A stretch of 64,000 nucleotides of DNA, taken from Parvibaculaceae bacterium. Its GTDB lineage: Bacteria; Pseudomonadota; Alphaproteobacteria; Parvibaculales; Parvibaculaceae. Positions within the stretch are counted from its first letter, which is position 1; each line of letters opens with the position of its first letter. Of the stretch, positions 18,620 through 27,970 are shown one piece after another. The DNA is taken from assembly GCA_965212385.1 (NCBI GenBank), contig OZ243109.1, positions 354,452-418,451 on the forward strand, in the 5' to 3' direction. The notes under the pieces were generated by a model, which did no database searches, was not told where the DNA came from, and saw nothing but the letters and a program-made list of their open reading frames with translations. The position numbers were made by a program, and so were the translations under genes.

Positions 18620-19816
18620 GTGACCATTAAGCTGGTGCAACCCGCCAAACCGACAGTCCTGCAAGTGATCCCCTCTTTGGGCATCGGCGGCGCCGAGCGC
18701 ACCACGATCGATATCGCGCGTGCCCTGATGGCGGAGGGCTGTCGTGCGCTGGTGGCGAGCCGGGGCGGACGGCTGGTCCGCGAGCTTGATCAGATGGGCG
18801 CGGAGCATATTGAGCTGCCGGTCCACTCAAAAAACCCGGTCGTTATGGGCCTGAATGTGGAACGCCTCACGCGCCTGATCGAAAAGGAAAATGTGGATAT
18901 TGTGCATGCCAGAAGCAGAGCGCCAGCCTGGAGTGCTCTCGCTGCGGCCCGAAGGACCAAACGTCCCTTTGTGACGACCTATCACAGCAAGGTGCACGAG
19001 CGCCCGCGCCTCAAGGTCTTCTACAACTCGGTCATGACGCGCGGCGCGGTCGTGATCGCAAACTCAGAATTTACGGCTGATCGTATCCGAAAGTTTCACG
19101 GGAAAACGGGCGCCGAAATTGTCACCATTCCGCGGGGCACGGATATGGCGGAATTTGATCCGGCTGGCCCGGCAGCGAAGCGCGGCGAGGGATTACGAGA
19201 AAAATGGGGGGCTGGTTCGGGCGATACGCTCTTTGTGCTGGCGGGACGTCTGACGCGCTGGAAGGGGCAATTGCTCGCGACGGAAGCGTTGGGGCGCATG
19301 AATGCGCGCATGGGCTCCGGCGCGGCTGGCGCCAAACTGATTTTGGTTGGCGACGCTCAGGGGCGCACCGACTATGAAGATGAGATCAAAGCGGCAATTG
19401 AGGCCCATGAGCCGGCCTTGAGAGTACGTCTTGTGGGCCACTGCGATGACATGCCGGCGGCCTACAGTGCGGCTGATATTGTGCTGGCCCCGTCTCTGGA
19501 CCCGGAACCTTTCGGGCGGAGCGCAGTCGAGGCGCAGGCCATGGCGCGTCCGGTGATCGTGGCAGATCACGGCGGTGCCAAGGAGACCGTGCTCGACGCC
19601 TCAGATACGAAGGGTGCAGCCGCTGCAACGGGCTGGCGGGTAACACCCGGCGATGCTGACGCCCTGGCAACCGCGATGGCAAATGCATTGGCAGCCAATG
19701 AAACCGACCGGGCAGCCATGGGTGCGCGGGGCCGCGCCTTCGTCAAAGAGCAATTCTCAATGACCGCCATGACCGACCGCACCCTCGCGGTCTACCGGGA
19801 TTTGCTGGCCGGATGA
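18620..19816 (+). CDS. Glycosyltransferase family 4 (GT-B)
   Basis: GGAER, IVHARSRAPAWS, ANSEFT, GRLTRWKGQ and EPFGRSAVEAQAM motifs. Confidence 0.92.
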   Translation: MTIKLVQPAKPTVLQVIPSLGIGGAERTTIDIARALMAEGCRALVASRGGRLVRELDQMGAEHIELPVHSKNPVVMGLNVERLTRLIEKENVDIVHARSRAPAWSALAAARRTKRPFVTTYHSKVHERPRLKVFYNSVMTRGAVVIANSEFTADRIRKFHGKTGAEIVTIPRGTDMAEFDPAGPAAKRGEGLREKWGAGSGDTLFVLAGRLTRWKGQLLATEALGRMNARMGSGAAGAKLILVGDAQGRTDYEDEIKAAIEAHEPALRVRLVGHCDDMPAAYSAADIVLAPSLDPEPFGRSAVEAQAMARPVIVADHGGAKETVLDASDTKGAAAATGWRVTPGDADALATAMANALAANETDRAAMGARGRAFVKEQFSMTAMTDRTLAVYRDLLAG

Positions 19817-20169
19817 CCGGACAACCGGTTCTGGTGATACATCTGAGCGTCGGCGGCAATCCGGCCGAAGCCCATAGTTTTGTTGAGGAAATCAGCCGAG
19901 GCGGCACGCCGGTGACGGTTCTGGCCTCCCCTGAAACGGCCAGCTTTTACGCCAATCTTGGCGTAACGACTTGGCCTGACGGGGCGCCCCGTGGTGCTTT
20001 GAGGCTCCTGGCACTGGTTCGCCGCATTGCCTGGGGGCAATTCGCCACCATCTATGATTTTGATGATTCACGGCGAACGAGAGCCTATCGGTGGTTCATC
20101 CGCCCCCGGCCACGCTGGATCGTGCCGCACCTGAAACGTGTTCAGGATGGCACAGCCTCTCCGTGTTAA
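19813..20169 (+). CDS. Degenerate N-terminal half of a GT9 (heptosyltransferase-like) protein
   Basis: ATGA-coupled to the GT4 gene; VLVIHL...VTVLASP...LVRRIAWGQFATIYDFDDSRRT resembles the GT9 N-terminal domain; only 118 aa. Confidence 0.45.
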   Translation: MTGQPVLVIHLSVGGNPAEAHSFVEEISRGGTPVTVLASPETASFYANLGVTTWPDGAPRGALRLLALVRRIAWGQFATIYDFDDSRRTRAYRWFIRPRPRWIVPHLKRVQDGTASPC

Positions 20170-20278
20170 GCGCCTGTAAACACAAAGCTTCTTGACTCCC
20201 ACGGTGAGCGTCGTAAACCTTGTTTTTATCCCGTGCCGAAATGGTTTTTGGCGCGACCCATAACGATAGGAGGGTTTC

Positions 20279-20815
20279 ATAGCCCGTAGAGCCGTATTTG
20301 CGCAGCCGACGAAAGAAGGTCCGCGCGCCAACCGAGATATTACCGTGCCTAACGTCATGCTGATCGACGGAGAGGGCGAAAAACGCGGTGTCGTCTCGAT
20401 TGAAGATGCATTAGCCGCCGCCGACGAGTCCGGCCTCGATCTTGTAGAGGTCTCGCCGAACGCTGATCCGCCCGTTTGCAAACTGCTGGACCTTGGGAAG
20501 TACAAGTACCAGGCGCAGAAAAAAGCTGCGGAAGCCCGGAAGAAGCAGAAGACCGTCGAAGTCAAAGAAATAAAAATGCGCCCGAACATCGACACGCATG
20601 ACTATGACGTGAAGATGAAAAACATGCTCCGCTTCTTCGGAGAGGGCGACAAGGTCAAGGTGACATTGCGTTTCCGTGGCCGTGAGATGGCCCACCAGGA
20701 TCTCGGCATGAAAGTGCTGAACCGGGTCCGTGATGATCTGGAAGAGATCGCGAAGGTCGAGCTCTATCCAAAGATGGAAGGCCGCCAGATGATCATGGTC
20801 TTGGCGCCGCGCTAA
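20279..20815 (+). CDS. infC: Translation initiation factor IF-3 (non-canonical AUA start)
   Basis: [30 protein letters not shown] and [14 protein letters not shown] motifs; in-frame ATA at 20279 follows AGGAGG and adds [22 protein letters not shown]. Confidence 0.93.
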   Translation: MARRAVFAQPTKEGPRANRDITVPNVMLIDGEGEKRGVVSIEDALAAADESGLDLVEVSPNADPPVCKLLDLGKYKYQAQKKAAEARKKQKTVEVKEIKMRPNIDTHDYDVKMKNMLRFFGEGDKVKVTLRFRGREMAHQDLGMKVLNRVRDDLEEIAKVELYPKMEGRQMIMVLAPR

Positions 20816-20839
20816 GCTTGATCAACCAGTGAGAATTCG

Positions 20840-20868
20840 AAACGGGCTCTTTTCAGAGCCCGTTTTTT
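20840..20868 (+). terminator. Intrinsic terminator after infC (possibly bidirectional)
   Basis: AAACGGGCTCT-TTTC-AGAGCCCGTTT followed by a T run. Confidence 0.85.
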
Positions 20869-20873
20869 GTTCC

Positions 20874-21005
20874 AAAGCGCTTCCAGGAAAAGTGGAAGCC
20901 GGTTTTCCGTCCGGAAGCGCGCAGGCAAAGAAAGCGCTTCCAGGAAAAGTGGAAGCCGGTTTTTCGCCAAGCAGTTTGGCGCAAGCGCGCAAACAATCAA
21001 AGCGC
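20874..21005. repeat. Tandem palindromic intergenic repeat (RIME/Bru-RS-like)
   Basis: Exact 33-bp direct repeat AAAGCGCTTCCAGGAAAAGTGGAAGCCGGTTTT at 20874-20906 and 20931-20963; unit 1 has internal inverted ends (GCGCTTCC...GGAAGCGC) and unit 2 a shorter pair (GCGCTT...AAGCGC). Confidence 0.75.
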
Positions 21006-21950
21006 GTTTAAGCGATCCAGTCTGTCGGTGAGAATGGCGTCGATCTGAAGATCGGTAAGGCGCTGCATGTCGTCGGGCATATCGACCGTCCAGGCAGAGA
21101 TGGTGAGCCCAAGCTCTTTGGCGAGCGCAGCCGTCGCCTCGTCAATATCGCCATGCCAGGAAAACCAGCCGTCGGAGGGCCCCGCCGCGATGGCGCGCAG
21201 CACGCGTTCGTTGAAGGTTGCGCCTTGTTGGTCCCGCCAATCGAAGCCACCAAAGAAATCAGCACCATTGGCAGAAGCGGTGCGAAGCGCTGCGGCGCCC
21301 TCGCTGTCATTGGCAATCGATTTGTCTTCCGGATCGAAGGAATAAAAGGGCAGGGTCGTAAAGGCGTTCGGAATGTTGGGCGCGCGTTTCTTGGCTTGCG
21401 CAAGCGCCCGCCAGTCGAAAGACACAAAGACCGTCTGTCCGCCAAAACCCTTTTGTTCGATCAGGTCCACCACCGTGTCGGCGAGCGTTACCGGATCGGA
21501 CGATTGCGTGAGGTCCATGAGATCGGTTTTGAGCTCCGTGTAGACCACAAAATCCGGTCCGGCTTTTTCGCGCACCAGATCAATCGCCGCCTCAAGGGAC
21601 GGGATCCGTTCACCATCAAGGGCTGTCTGCTCCGGATACCGACCTGAATAGCGCTCGTCTGGATTGAGGCGTCCCACGTCATAGGCCTGCAACTCTTCGA
21701 AGGTCAGGTCCTTGATGAGGGGCGTAGGCTTGGTGACCCAGCTCCCATCTGGTCCGCGCGCAATGGCGGGCTTCAGCGCCTCGTCATGGTGAACCACAGG
21801 CACCCCGTCTTTCGACAGATGGACATCAAGCTCAAGGCCTTCCGCGCCGTCCGCAATCGCACGCTCAAACGCGCCCAGCGTGTTTTCCGGCCAAAGCCCT
21901 GTGCCGCCGCGATGGGCAATTTTGAGGGGACGTCCTAAAGGATTAGACAT
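20997..21950 (-). CDS. Glycerophosphodiester phosphodiesterase
   Basis: IAHRGG...PENT, ELDVHLSKDGVPVVHHD, SFDW, AWTVD and ILTDR motifs. Confidence 0.9.
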   Translation of the reverse strand: MSNPLGRPLKIAHRGGTGLWPENTLGAFERAIADGAEGLELDVHLSKDGVPVVHHDEALKPAIARGPDGSWVTKPTPLIKDLTFEELQAYDVGRLNPDERYSGRYPEQTALDGERIPSLEAAIDLVREKAGPDFVVYTELKTDLMDLTQSSDPVTLADTVVDLIEQKGFGGQTVFVSFDWRALAQAKKRAPNIPNAFTTLPFYSFDPEDKSIANDSEGAAALRTASANGADFFGGFDWRDQQGATFNERVLRAIAAGPSDGWFSWHGDIDEATAALAKELGLTISAWTVDMPDDMQRLTDLQIDAILTDRLDRLNAL

Positions 21951-22153
21951 GGAAGAGGGCTCCAAAGAAGTGAGGATGGGTCATCCTCCGTAACAGGCGT
22001 GACATCTTCGCGAAGGGACCGGGCAACCGCAAGTGATGAGCAAAACCCTGCGTCAACCAGCACCGGCTGGTTTCGTCATTGTACCGCGCAGGCAACCGAT
22101 CTAGCCTTTCCTCATTGAAATTCAAATGAGGCGTGGTTGCGCGGGAGGAACTC

Positions 22154-23401
22154 ATGAAATTCGGTGTCTTTTACGAACTGCAATTGCCGAAACCCTGGAA
22201 CGAGGGCGATGAGCACAAGCTCTTTCATGAGGCGCTGAACCAGGTCGTGCTCGCCGACAGGCTGGGTTTCGATTATGCGTGGGAGGTCGAGCATCACTTC
22301 CTGGACGAATATTCCCACTCTAGTGCGCCGGAAGTGTTTCTTGCGGCCGCCGCCAGCAAGACCGAGAACATTCGTCTCGGCCATGGTATCCGGCAGGTCA
22401 TTCCCAATTACAATCATCCGGCCCGTACGGCCGAGGGCATCGCGACCCTCGACATCATGTCGAATGGTCGGGTTGAGTTCGGCATTGGCGAAGGGGCGAC
22501 GCGTCTGGAACTCGGCGGCTTCGACATCAACCCGAAGGAAAAGCGGGCTATGGCGCTGGAGGCGGCGGAGCAGGTCGCCAACATGCTGGTGCTCGATCCC
22601 TATCCGGGCTTTGAGGGCAAGAGCTTCTCCATGCCCTGCCGCAATGTACTGCCCAAGCCCATGCAGAAGCCGCACCCGCCCATGTGGATGGCCTGCACGA
22701 ACCGCGACACCATCAAGGTGGCGGCCTCGCTTGGTGTAGGCGCGCTTGCCTTCTCCTTTGTCGATCCGGAAGAAGCGAAAGCCTGGGCGGACATTTATTA
22801 CGGCATCATCAAGTCTGAAGAATGCGTGCCCATCGGCCATTCGGTGAATGCGAACATCGCCATGGTCTCAAGTTTCTCCCTGCATGAAGACCGGGCCGAG
22901 GCGATCCGGCGAGGGGCGGAGGGCTTTGAGTTCTTTGGGTATGCTCTGGCCGCGATGGTGACCCAGGATCAGAAGCCCGGCCGCACGGACATGTGGGGCG
23001 AGTTCATCAAGCAGCGCGGCGACAAGACCGAGCAGATGGTGAAGGACTCGCAGTCCCTCATGACCCAGCCCGCGGGCATCGGCACGCCCGACGATATGAT
23101 CGAACATCTAAAAGCCTTCCAGGAAAGCGGCGTGGATCAGGTGATCTTCATGCAGCAGGCAGGCCGCAACAAACACGAGCATATCTGCGAGTCGCTGGAA
23201 CTCTTTAGCAAGCGCGTGATGCCAGAATTCAAGAAGGATGTGGCTGAGCGGGAAGCGAAGAAGGCGGAAGAGCTCGCCCCTTACATTGAAGCGGCGTTGG
23301 CCCGGAAACAGTGGATGGAACCTCTCAAGGACGAGGACATTCCCTACATCCGCGCCGCCGTCTCTTCACCGCAGGTGAACAAGTCGACTGCGGTTGAGTA
23401 A
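22154..23401 (+). CDS. Luciferase-like (LLM class) flavin-dependent monooxygenase
   Basis: GGAGG RBS; AWEVEHHF, SSAPEVFLAA, IRLGHG, LDIMSNGRVEFGIG and PMQKPHPPMW motifs. Confidence 0.92.
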   Translation: MKFGVFYELQLPKPWNEGDEHKLFHEALNQVVLADRLGFDYAWEVEHHFLDEYSHSSAPEVFLAAAASKTENIRLGHGIRQVIPNYNHPARTAEGIATLDIMSNGRVEFGIGEGATRLELGGFDINPKEKRAMALEAAEQVANMLVLDPYPGFEGKSFSMPCRNVLPKPMQKPHPPMWMACTNRDTIKVAASLGVGALAFSFVDPEEAKAWADIYYGIIKSEECVPIGHSVNANIAMVSSFSLHEDRAEAIRRGAEGFEFFGYALAAMVTQDQKPGRTDMWGEFIKQRGDKTEQMVKDSQSLMTQPAGIGTPDDMIEHLKAFQESGVDQVIFMQQAGRNKHEHICESLELFSKRVMPEFKKDVAEREAKKAEELAPYIEAALARKQWMEPLKDEDIPYIRAAVSSPQVNKSTAVE

Positions 23402-23408
23402 CTGTCTC

Positions 23409-23503
23409 CCCCCTCACCCGTCCTCGTTGGCACTCGGACGCTCTCTCCCCCAAAATGGGGGAGAGGGAAGGGAGCCGCAGATGCGGCAACCAGGGTGAGG
23501 GGG
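23409..23503. repeat. Branched palindromic REP-like element
   Basis: Outer 11-bp stem CCCCCTCACCC/GGGTGAGGGGG encloses three hairpins (CGTCC/GGACG, CTCTCCCCC/GGGGGAGAG, GCCGCA/TGCGGC). Confidence 0.7.
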
Positions 23504-23539
23504 ACAAGCCTCTATAGGGACACAAACCCCCATCTCCCC

Positions 23540-23567
23540 TTGCTTTTGGGCCAAAACCCCGTATAAC
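23540..23567 (+). promoter_or_regulatory. Sigma70-type promoter of rpmI-rplT
   Basis: TTGCTT (23540-23545), 16-nt spacer, TATAAC (23562-23567). Confidence 0.55.
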
Positions 23568-23684
23568 TCCCGATCTTCAGACCCGTCCGGCCTATCTAGG
23601 GCATGCCGAGGGGGGTCAAAATGCGAAAAACGCTAGGGTTTCTCTTGGTTTTCGAAGCCCCGGCCAGAATGTAAGGAGAGCAAA

Positions 23685-23882
23685 ATGCCCAAGATGAAGA
23701 CCAAGTCGAGCGTGAAAAAACGCTTCAAGCTGACCGCTTCCGGCAAAGTGCGCCACGCACAGTCTGGCAAGCAGCACGGCATGATCAAACGTACGAACAA
23801 ACAGATCCGTAATCAGCGGGGCACGGCCATTCTGTCCGACCCGGATGCGCGGATTATCAAAAAGATGATGCCGTACGGCTAA
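23685..23882 (+). CDS. rpmI: 50S ribosomal protein L35
   Basis: [22 protein letters not shown]...H. Confidence 0.98.
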   Translation: MPKMKTKSSVKKRFKLTASGKVRHAQSGKQHGMIKRTNKQIRNQRGTAILSDPDARIIKKMMPYG

Positions 23883-23894
23883 GGAGCGAGATCA

Positions 23895-24251
23895 ATGTCA
23901 CGTGTAAAAAGAGGCGTCACCACCCATGCCCGTCACCGCAAGGTGATCAAGAAGGCGAAGGGTTATTACGGCCGCCGCAAAAATACCTTCCGCGTTGCCA
24001 ACCAGGCTGTCGAAAAAGCCGGTCAATACGCATATCGCGACCGCAAGGCCAAGAAGCGGAACTTCCGCTCTCTCTGGATCCAGCGGATCAACGCCGCGAG
24101 CCGCCAGCACGGGCTCACCTATGGCCGATTTATCAACGGTCTCGGGCGCGCTGGCATCGAGGTTGACCGGAAAGTTCTGGCAGACCTCGCCGTCCACGAG
24201 CCGGAGGCCTTCAAGTCTTTGGTCGACCAGGCGGAAGCGGCACTTCAATAA
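23895..24251 (+). CDS. rplT: 50S ribosomal protein L20
   Basis: [33 protein letters not shown] and DRKVLADLA motifs. Confidence 0.98.
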   Translation: MSRVKRGVTTHARHRKVIKKAKGYYGRRKNTFRVANQAVEKAGQYAYRDRKAKKRNFRSLWIQRINAASRQHGLTYGRFINGLGRAGIEVDRKVLADLAVHEPEAFKSLVDQAEAALQ

Positions 24252-24317
24252 GATGGGCGCACCGGCGGAACTCTGAACAGACAACGCCGGCCCCAAATTG
24301 AACGTCCAACATTCGAG

Positions 24318-24381
24318 AACCCCGCAGCTTCTCTTGGGCCGCCTCAATAAAAGGCAGCTGGAGAATTCGTGCGGGGTTTTT
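24318..24381 (+). terminator. Long hairpin/possible terminator after rplT
   Basis: AACCCCGCA...TGCGGGGTT outer stem with inner pairings, followed by TTT. Confidence 0.45.
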
Positions 24382-24452
24382 GCGTTTACACCCTTCCTGT
24401 ATCAAGGGTGGTGAGATTCGGAAGGATCGGGGAAAGCCCGACTTGAGGAAAA

Positions 24453-25535
24453 ATGAGCGATCTAGAAAAGATTGAAGCGGACGTTCTGGCAGCCGTCTCA
24501 GGCGCGGGCACCGAAAAAGACCTGGAAGCGGTGCGTGTCGGCGCCCTTGGCAAGAAGGGCAGCATTTCCGAGCTCATGAAGGGGCTCGGCAAAATGACCC
24601 CGGAAGAGCGCAAGGAAATGGGCCCTGCGCTGAACGGTCTGAAGACACGGGTAGGGGACGCCATTGCGGCCCGCAAAGCCGAGCTTCATGAAGCCGCCCT
24701 CGAAGAACGCCTCGCAACCGAGAAGGTGGACGTGACCCTACCGGTGCGCGCCACCCCGATCGAGCAGGGCCGCATTCATCCGCTCACCCAGACCATGGAC
24801 GAGATTGTCGCCATTTTCTGCGACCTGGGCTTTGCTGTCGAAGAAGGCCCCGACATCGAGACCGACTATTACAATTTTGAAGCGCTCAATTTCCCGGAAG
24901 GCCATCCGGCGCGGGAAATGCACGACACGTTCTATTTCCATGAGCGCGAAGATGGGAGCCGTCCGCTGCTCCGCACCCACACGAGCCCGGTGCAGGTGCG
25001 CACCATGGAGAAGGGCGAGCCGCCCTTCCGCTTCATCGCGCCGGGTCGGACCTTCCGCTGTGACAGCGACCAGACCCACACGCCGCAATTCCATCAGGTT
25101 GAGGGCCTCGTGGTCGACCACGACACCCATATGGGGCATCTGAAGTGGACGCTGGAAGAATTTCTCCGCGCCTATTTCGAAACCGAAGGTGTGGAAATCC
25201 GCTTCCGTCCGAGTTTCTTCCCCTTCACGGAGCCCTCCATGGAAGTGGATGTGCGCTGCGCCCGCCTCGGCAATGAAATCCGCATTGGGGAAGGTGACGA
25301 TTGGCTTGAAATTCTGGGTTGCGGCATGGTGCACCCCAACGTGCTGAAGTCGGCAAACATTGACCCGGATGAATTTCAGGGCTTCGCCTTCGGCGTCGGC
25401 ATCGACCGGTTGGCCATGCTGAAATATGGCATCCCGGATCTGCGCGCTTTCTTTGAGACGGATCTCCGCTGGCTCCGCCATTACGGGTTCGCCGCTTTGG
25501 ATGTGCCGACACTCGCGGGGGGCTTAAGCTCATGA
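24453..25535 (+). CDS. pheS: Phenylalanine-tRNA ligase alpha subunit
   Basis: [36 protein letters not shown] and [12 protein letters not shown] motifs. Confidence 0.99.
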   Translation: MSDLEKIEADVLAAVSGAGTEKDLEAVRVGALGKKGSISELMKGLGKMTPEERKEMGPALNGLKTRVGDAIAARKAELHEAALEERLATEKVDVTLPVRATPIEQGRIHPLTQTMDEIVAIFCDLGFAVEEGPDIETDYYNFEALNFPEGHPAREMHDTFYFHEREDGSRPLLRTHTSPVQVRTMEKGEPPFRFIAPGRTFRCDSDQTHTPQFHQVEGLVVDHDTHMGHLKWTLEEFLRAYFETEGVEIRFRPSFFPFTEPSMEVDVRCARLGNEIRIGEGDDWLEILGCGMVHPNVLKSANIDPDEFQGFAFGVGIDRLAMLKYGIPDLRAFFETDLRWLRHYGFAALDVPTLAGGLSS

Positions 25536-27970
25536 AGTTCACCCTCTCCTGGTTGAAAGACCATCTCGACACAGACGCCACGCTCGACCAGATCGTCGAC
25601 AAGCTCACCATGATCGGCCTGGAGGTCGAAGAGGTGGTGGACCCTGCAGCAGCACTGGCCCCATTCGCTGTCGCGCGCATTGTGGAAGCGGGCCCGCACC
25701 CGGATGCCGACAAGCTGAAGCTCTGCAAAGTGGAAGCCGTCGTCGAGGGCAAGACCGAGATGCTCCAGGTTGTCTGTGGCGCCCCCAATGCCAAGACGGG
25801 CCTGCTTGGCATCTTCGCGCCCTCCGGCGCCACCATTCCGGCCAATGGCATGGTGCTGAAGCCCACGAAAATCCGTGGCGTCGAATCGAACGGCATGATG
25901 TGTTCCGAGCGGGAGCTGGAACTCTCCGACGAACATGATGGCATCATTGAACTCGACGGTGACTTCGCGGTCGGCACACCAGCGTCAGAGGCGCTCGGCA
26001 AAACCGATCCCATGATTGAGATCGGCATCACGCCCAACCGTCCCGATTGCCTTGGCGTCTATGGCATTGCCCGAGATCTGGCCGCTGCAGGTCTTGGCAC
26101 GCTGAAAGACAATCCGGTGCCGGCCGTCGCCGACGCCTTCGAAAGCTCTGTCGGGATCGAGCTCGCGTTCGATGACGAAACAAGCGACGCCTGTCCTATC
26201 TTTGTAGGCCGCATGGTGCGCGGTGTGAAGAACGGCCCAAGTCCGGCCTGGATGCAGGAACGGCTCATTGCCATTGGCCTCCGCCCCATCAACGCGCTGG
26301 TCGATATCACCAACTACCTGTCCTACGACCAGGCGCGGCCCTTGCACGTCTATGACGTCTCGAAACTCTCCGGCACCGTGCGCGCCCGCCTCGGCAAAGG
26401 GGAGACATTCCTCGCCCTCGATGGCAAGGAATATAAAGCCGACGAGACCATGACCGTCATCGCCGATGATGCCCGTGTTCTTGGGTTCGGCGGCGTGATG
26501 GGCGGCGAGGAAAGCGGCTCAACGGAAACGACGACAGACGTTCTGATCGAGAGCGCCTATTTCGATCCGCGCAGAACGGCTTCCACAGGCCGAAAAACGG
26601 GCATCGTGTCTGATGCGCGCTATCGTTTTGAGCGCGGAATCGACCCCGCCTCAACGCTACCCGGCGTTGATCGTGCGGCCGCCATGGTCATGGAGCTCTG
26701 TGGCGGCGAAGCTTCTAGCTTGGTCGTTGCGGGGGACACACCGGACCATTCCCACGTGATCTCGTTTAATCCCGCACGGGTGGCAAAGCTCACCGGCGTT
26801 TCTTTGGAGACGGCAGAGATCGAAAAAATTCTCGGCGACCTCGGATTTGATGTGAGTGCCAGCGACGGTGACCGTGTCAACGTGACGCCACCAAGCTGGC
26901 GCCCCGATGTCTTCGGAGAAGCTGACCTCGTCGAAGAGGTGGTCCGTATCCACGGGCTGGACGAAGTAACCTCCACACCGCTCGCCAAAGGCCATGCAGT
27001 GGCGGACCCGGTCCTGAACCTGTCACAAAAGCGCCTGCGCAATGCCAAGCGCGTGTTGGCATCGCGCGGCTTTGTGGAGGCAGTGAACTGGTCCTTCATT
27101 CCGAAAGCCCATGCGGAACTCTTTGGCGGCGGTGAGAATGCGATCGCGCCGCTGGAGCTCGCGAACCCCATTTCCAGCGACATGAGCCATATGCGTCCGG
27201 CCATTCTGCCGGGTCTGATCGCAGCCGCTGGTCGGAACATGGCGCGCGGGGCACAGGACGTGATGCTGTTTGAGGTCGCGCAGCAATATGAGGGCGACCA
27301 GCCGGACGATCAGATCAATGTCGCCACAGGTATTCGCCAGGGCACGGCGGAGATCGGCGGTGCAGGACGTCATTGGAAGGGCGCATCCGGCGTGGTCGAT
27401 GTGTTCGACGCCAAGGCCGATGCTGCAGCATTGCTCGCGAGCCTCGGTGCGAAGGTCGACAATCTACAGATCGCAGCTGACGCGCCTGCCTGGTATCACC
27501 CGGGCCGCTCCGGTGTCTTCCGCATGGGTCCAAAAAACGTGCTGGCACGATTTGGTGAAATTCACCCGAAAATTCTGGATGCGCTGGATGTCGCGGGCCC
27601 GATTGTCGCCTTCGAAGTCATGATCGACGCAATCCCGAAGCCAAAGGTGAAGCCCACCAAAACCAAGCCAGGCCTCACCATCCCGGATCTTCAGCCGGTG
27701 CGGCGCGATTTCGCTTTCATTGTCGCCAAAGATCAGGCGGCGGACGTGCTGGTTCGTGCAGCGGCGGGGGCGGACAAGAAGCTCATCACCGGTGTGACGC
27801 TTTTTGATGCGTTTGAAGGCGGAAGCCTGGGCGCGGATGAGAAGTCTCTTGCCGTCGAGGTGACGCTGCAGCCGCAGGACAAGACCCTGACCGACAAAGA
27901 GCTTGAAGCCGTGAGTGACAAGATCGTCGCCGCCGTTGAAAAAGCCACCGGCGGGAAACTGCGCGGCTAG
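25532..27970 (+). CDS. pheT: Phenylalanine-tRNA ligase beta subunit
   Basis: [39 protein letters not shown] and C-terminal FDX-ACB (VRRDFAF) motifs. Confidence 0.99.
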   Translation: MKFTLSWLKDHLDTDATLDQIVDKLTMIGLEVEEVVDPAAALAPFAVARIVEAGPHPDADKLKLCKVEAVVEGKTEMLQVVCGAPNAKTGLLGIFAPSGATIPANGMVLKPTKIRGVESNGMMCSERELELSDEHDGIIELDGDFAVGTPASEALGKTDPMIEIGITPNRPDCLGVYGIARDLAAAGLGTLKDNPVPAVADAFESSVGIELAFDDETSDACPIFVGRMVRGVKNGPSPAWMQERLIAIGLRPINALVDITNYLSYDQARPLHVYDVSKLSGTVRARLGKGETFLALDGKEYKADETMTVIADDARVLGFGGVMGGEESGSTETTTDVLIESAYFDPRRTASTGRKTGIVSDARYRFERGIDPASTLPGVDRAAAMVMELCGGEASSLVVAGDTPDHSHVISFNPARVAKLTGVSLETAEIEKILGDLGFDVSASDGDRVNVTPPSWRPDVFGEADLVEEVVRIHGLDEVTSTPLAKGHAVADPVLNLSQKRLRNAKRVLASRGFVEAVNWSFIPKAHAELFGGGENAIAPLELANPISSDMSHMRPAILPGLIAAAGRNMARGAQDVMLFEVAQQYEGDQPDDQINVATGIRQGTAEIGGAGRHWKGASGVVDVFDAKADAAALLASLGAKVDNLQIAADAPAWYHPGRSGVFRMGPKNVLARFGEIHPKILDALDVAGPIVAFEVMIDAIPKPKVKPTKTKPGLTIPDLQPVRRDFAFIVAKDQAADVLVRAAAGADKKLITGVTLFDAFEGGSLGADEKSLAVEVTLQPQDKTLTDKELEAVSDKIVAAVEKATGGKLRG

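Noticed and set aside
20166-20180. CtrA-like TTAA-N7-TAAA before infC
   Set aside because: The TTAA overlaps a stop codon, the site is isolated, and infC is not a typical CtrA target.
20874-20963. 33-bp direct repeat considered as a mini CRISPR array
   Set aside because: Only two copies, a 24-nt GC-rich spacer that is part of a palindrome, no leader and no cas genes. It fits an intergenic palindromic repeat better.
22112-22840. Long antisense ORFs (also 13633-14487, 24738-25481, 25225-26037, 44915-46033 and others)
   Set aside because: They shadow well-supported genes on the opposite strand or frame, as expected in GC-rich DNA, and show no recognisable motifs or RBS.
24389-24410. Inverted repeat CACCCTT-N8-AAGGGTG upstream of pheS, resembling a CueR box
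   Set aside because: It differs from ACCTTCC-N7-GGAAGGT, no -10 lies at MerR-type 19-nt spacing, and pheS is an implausible target.
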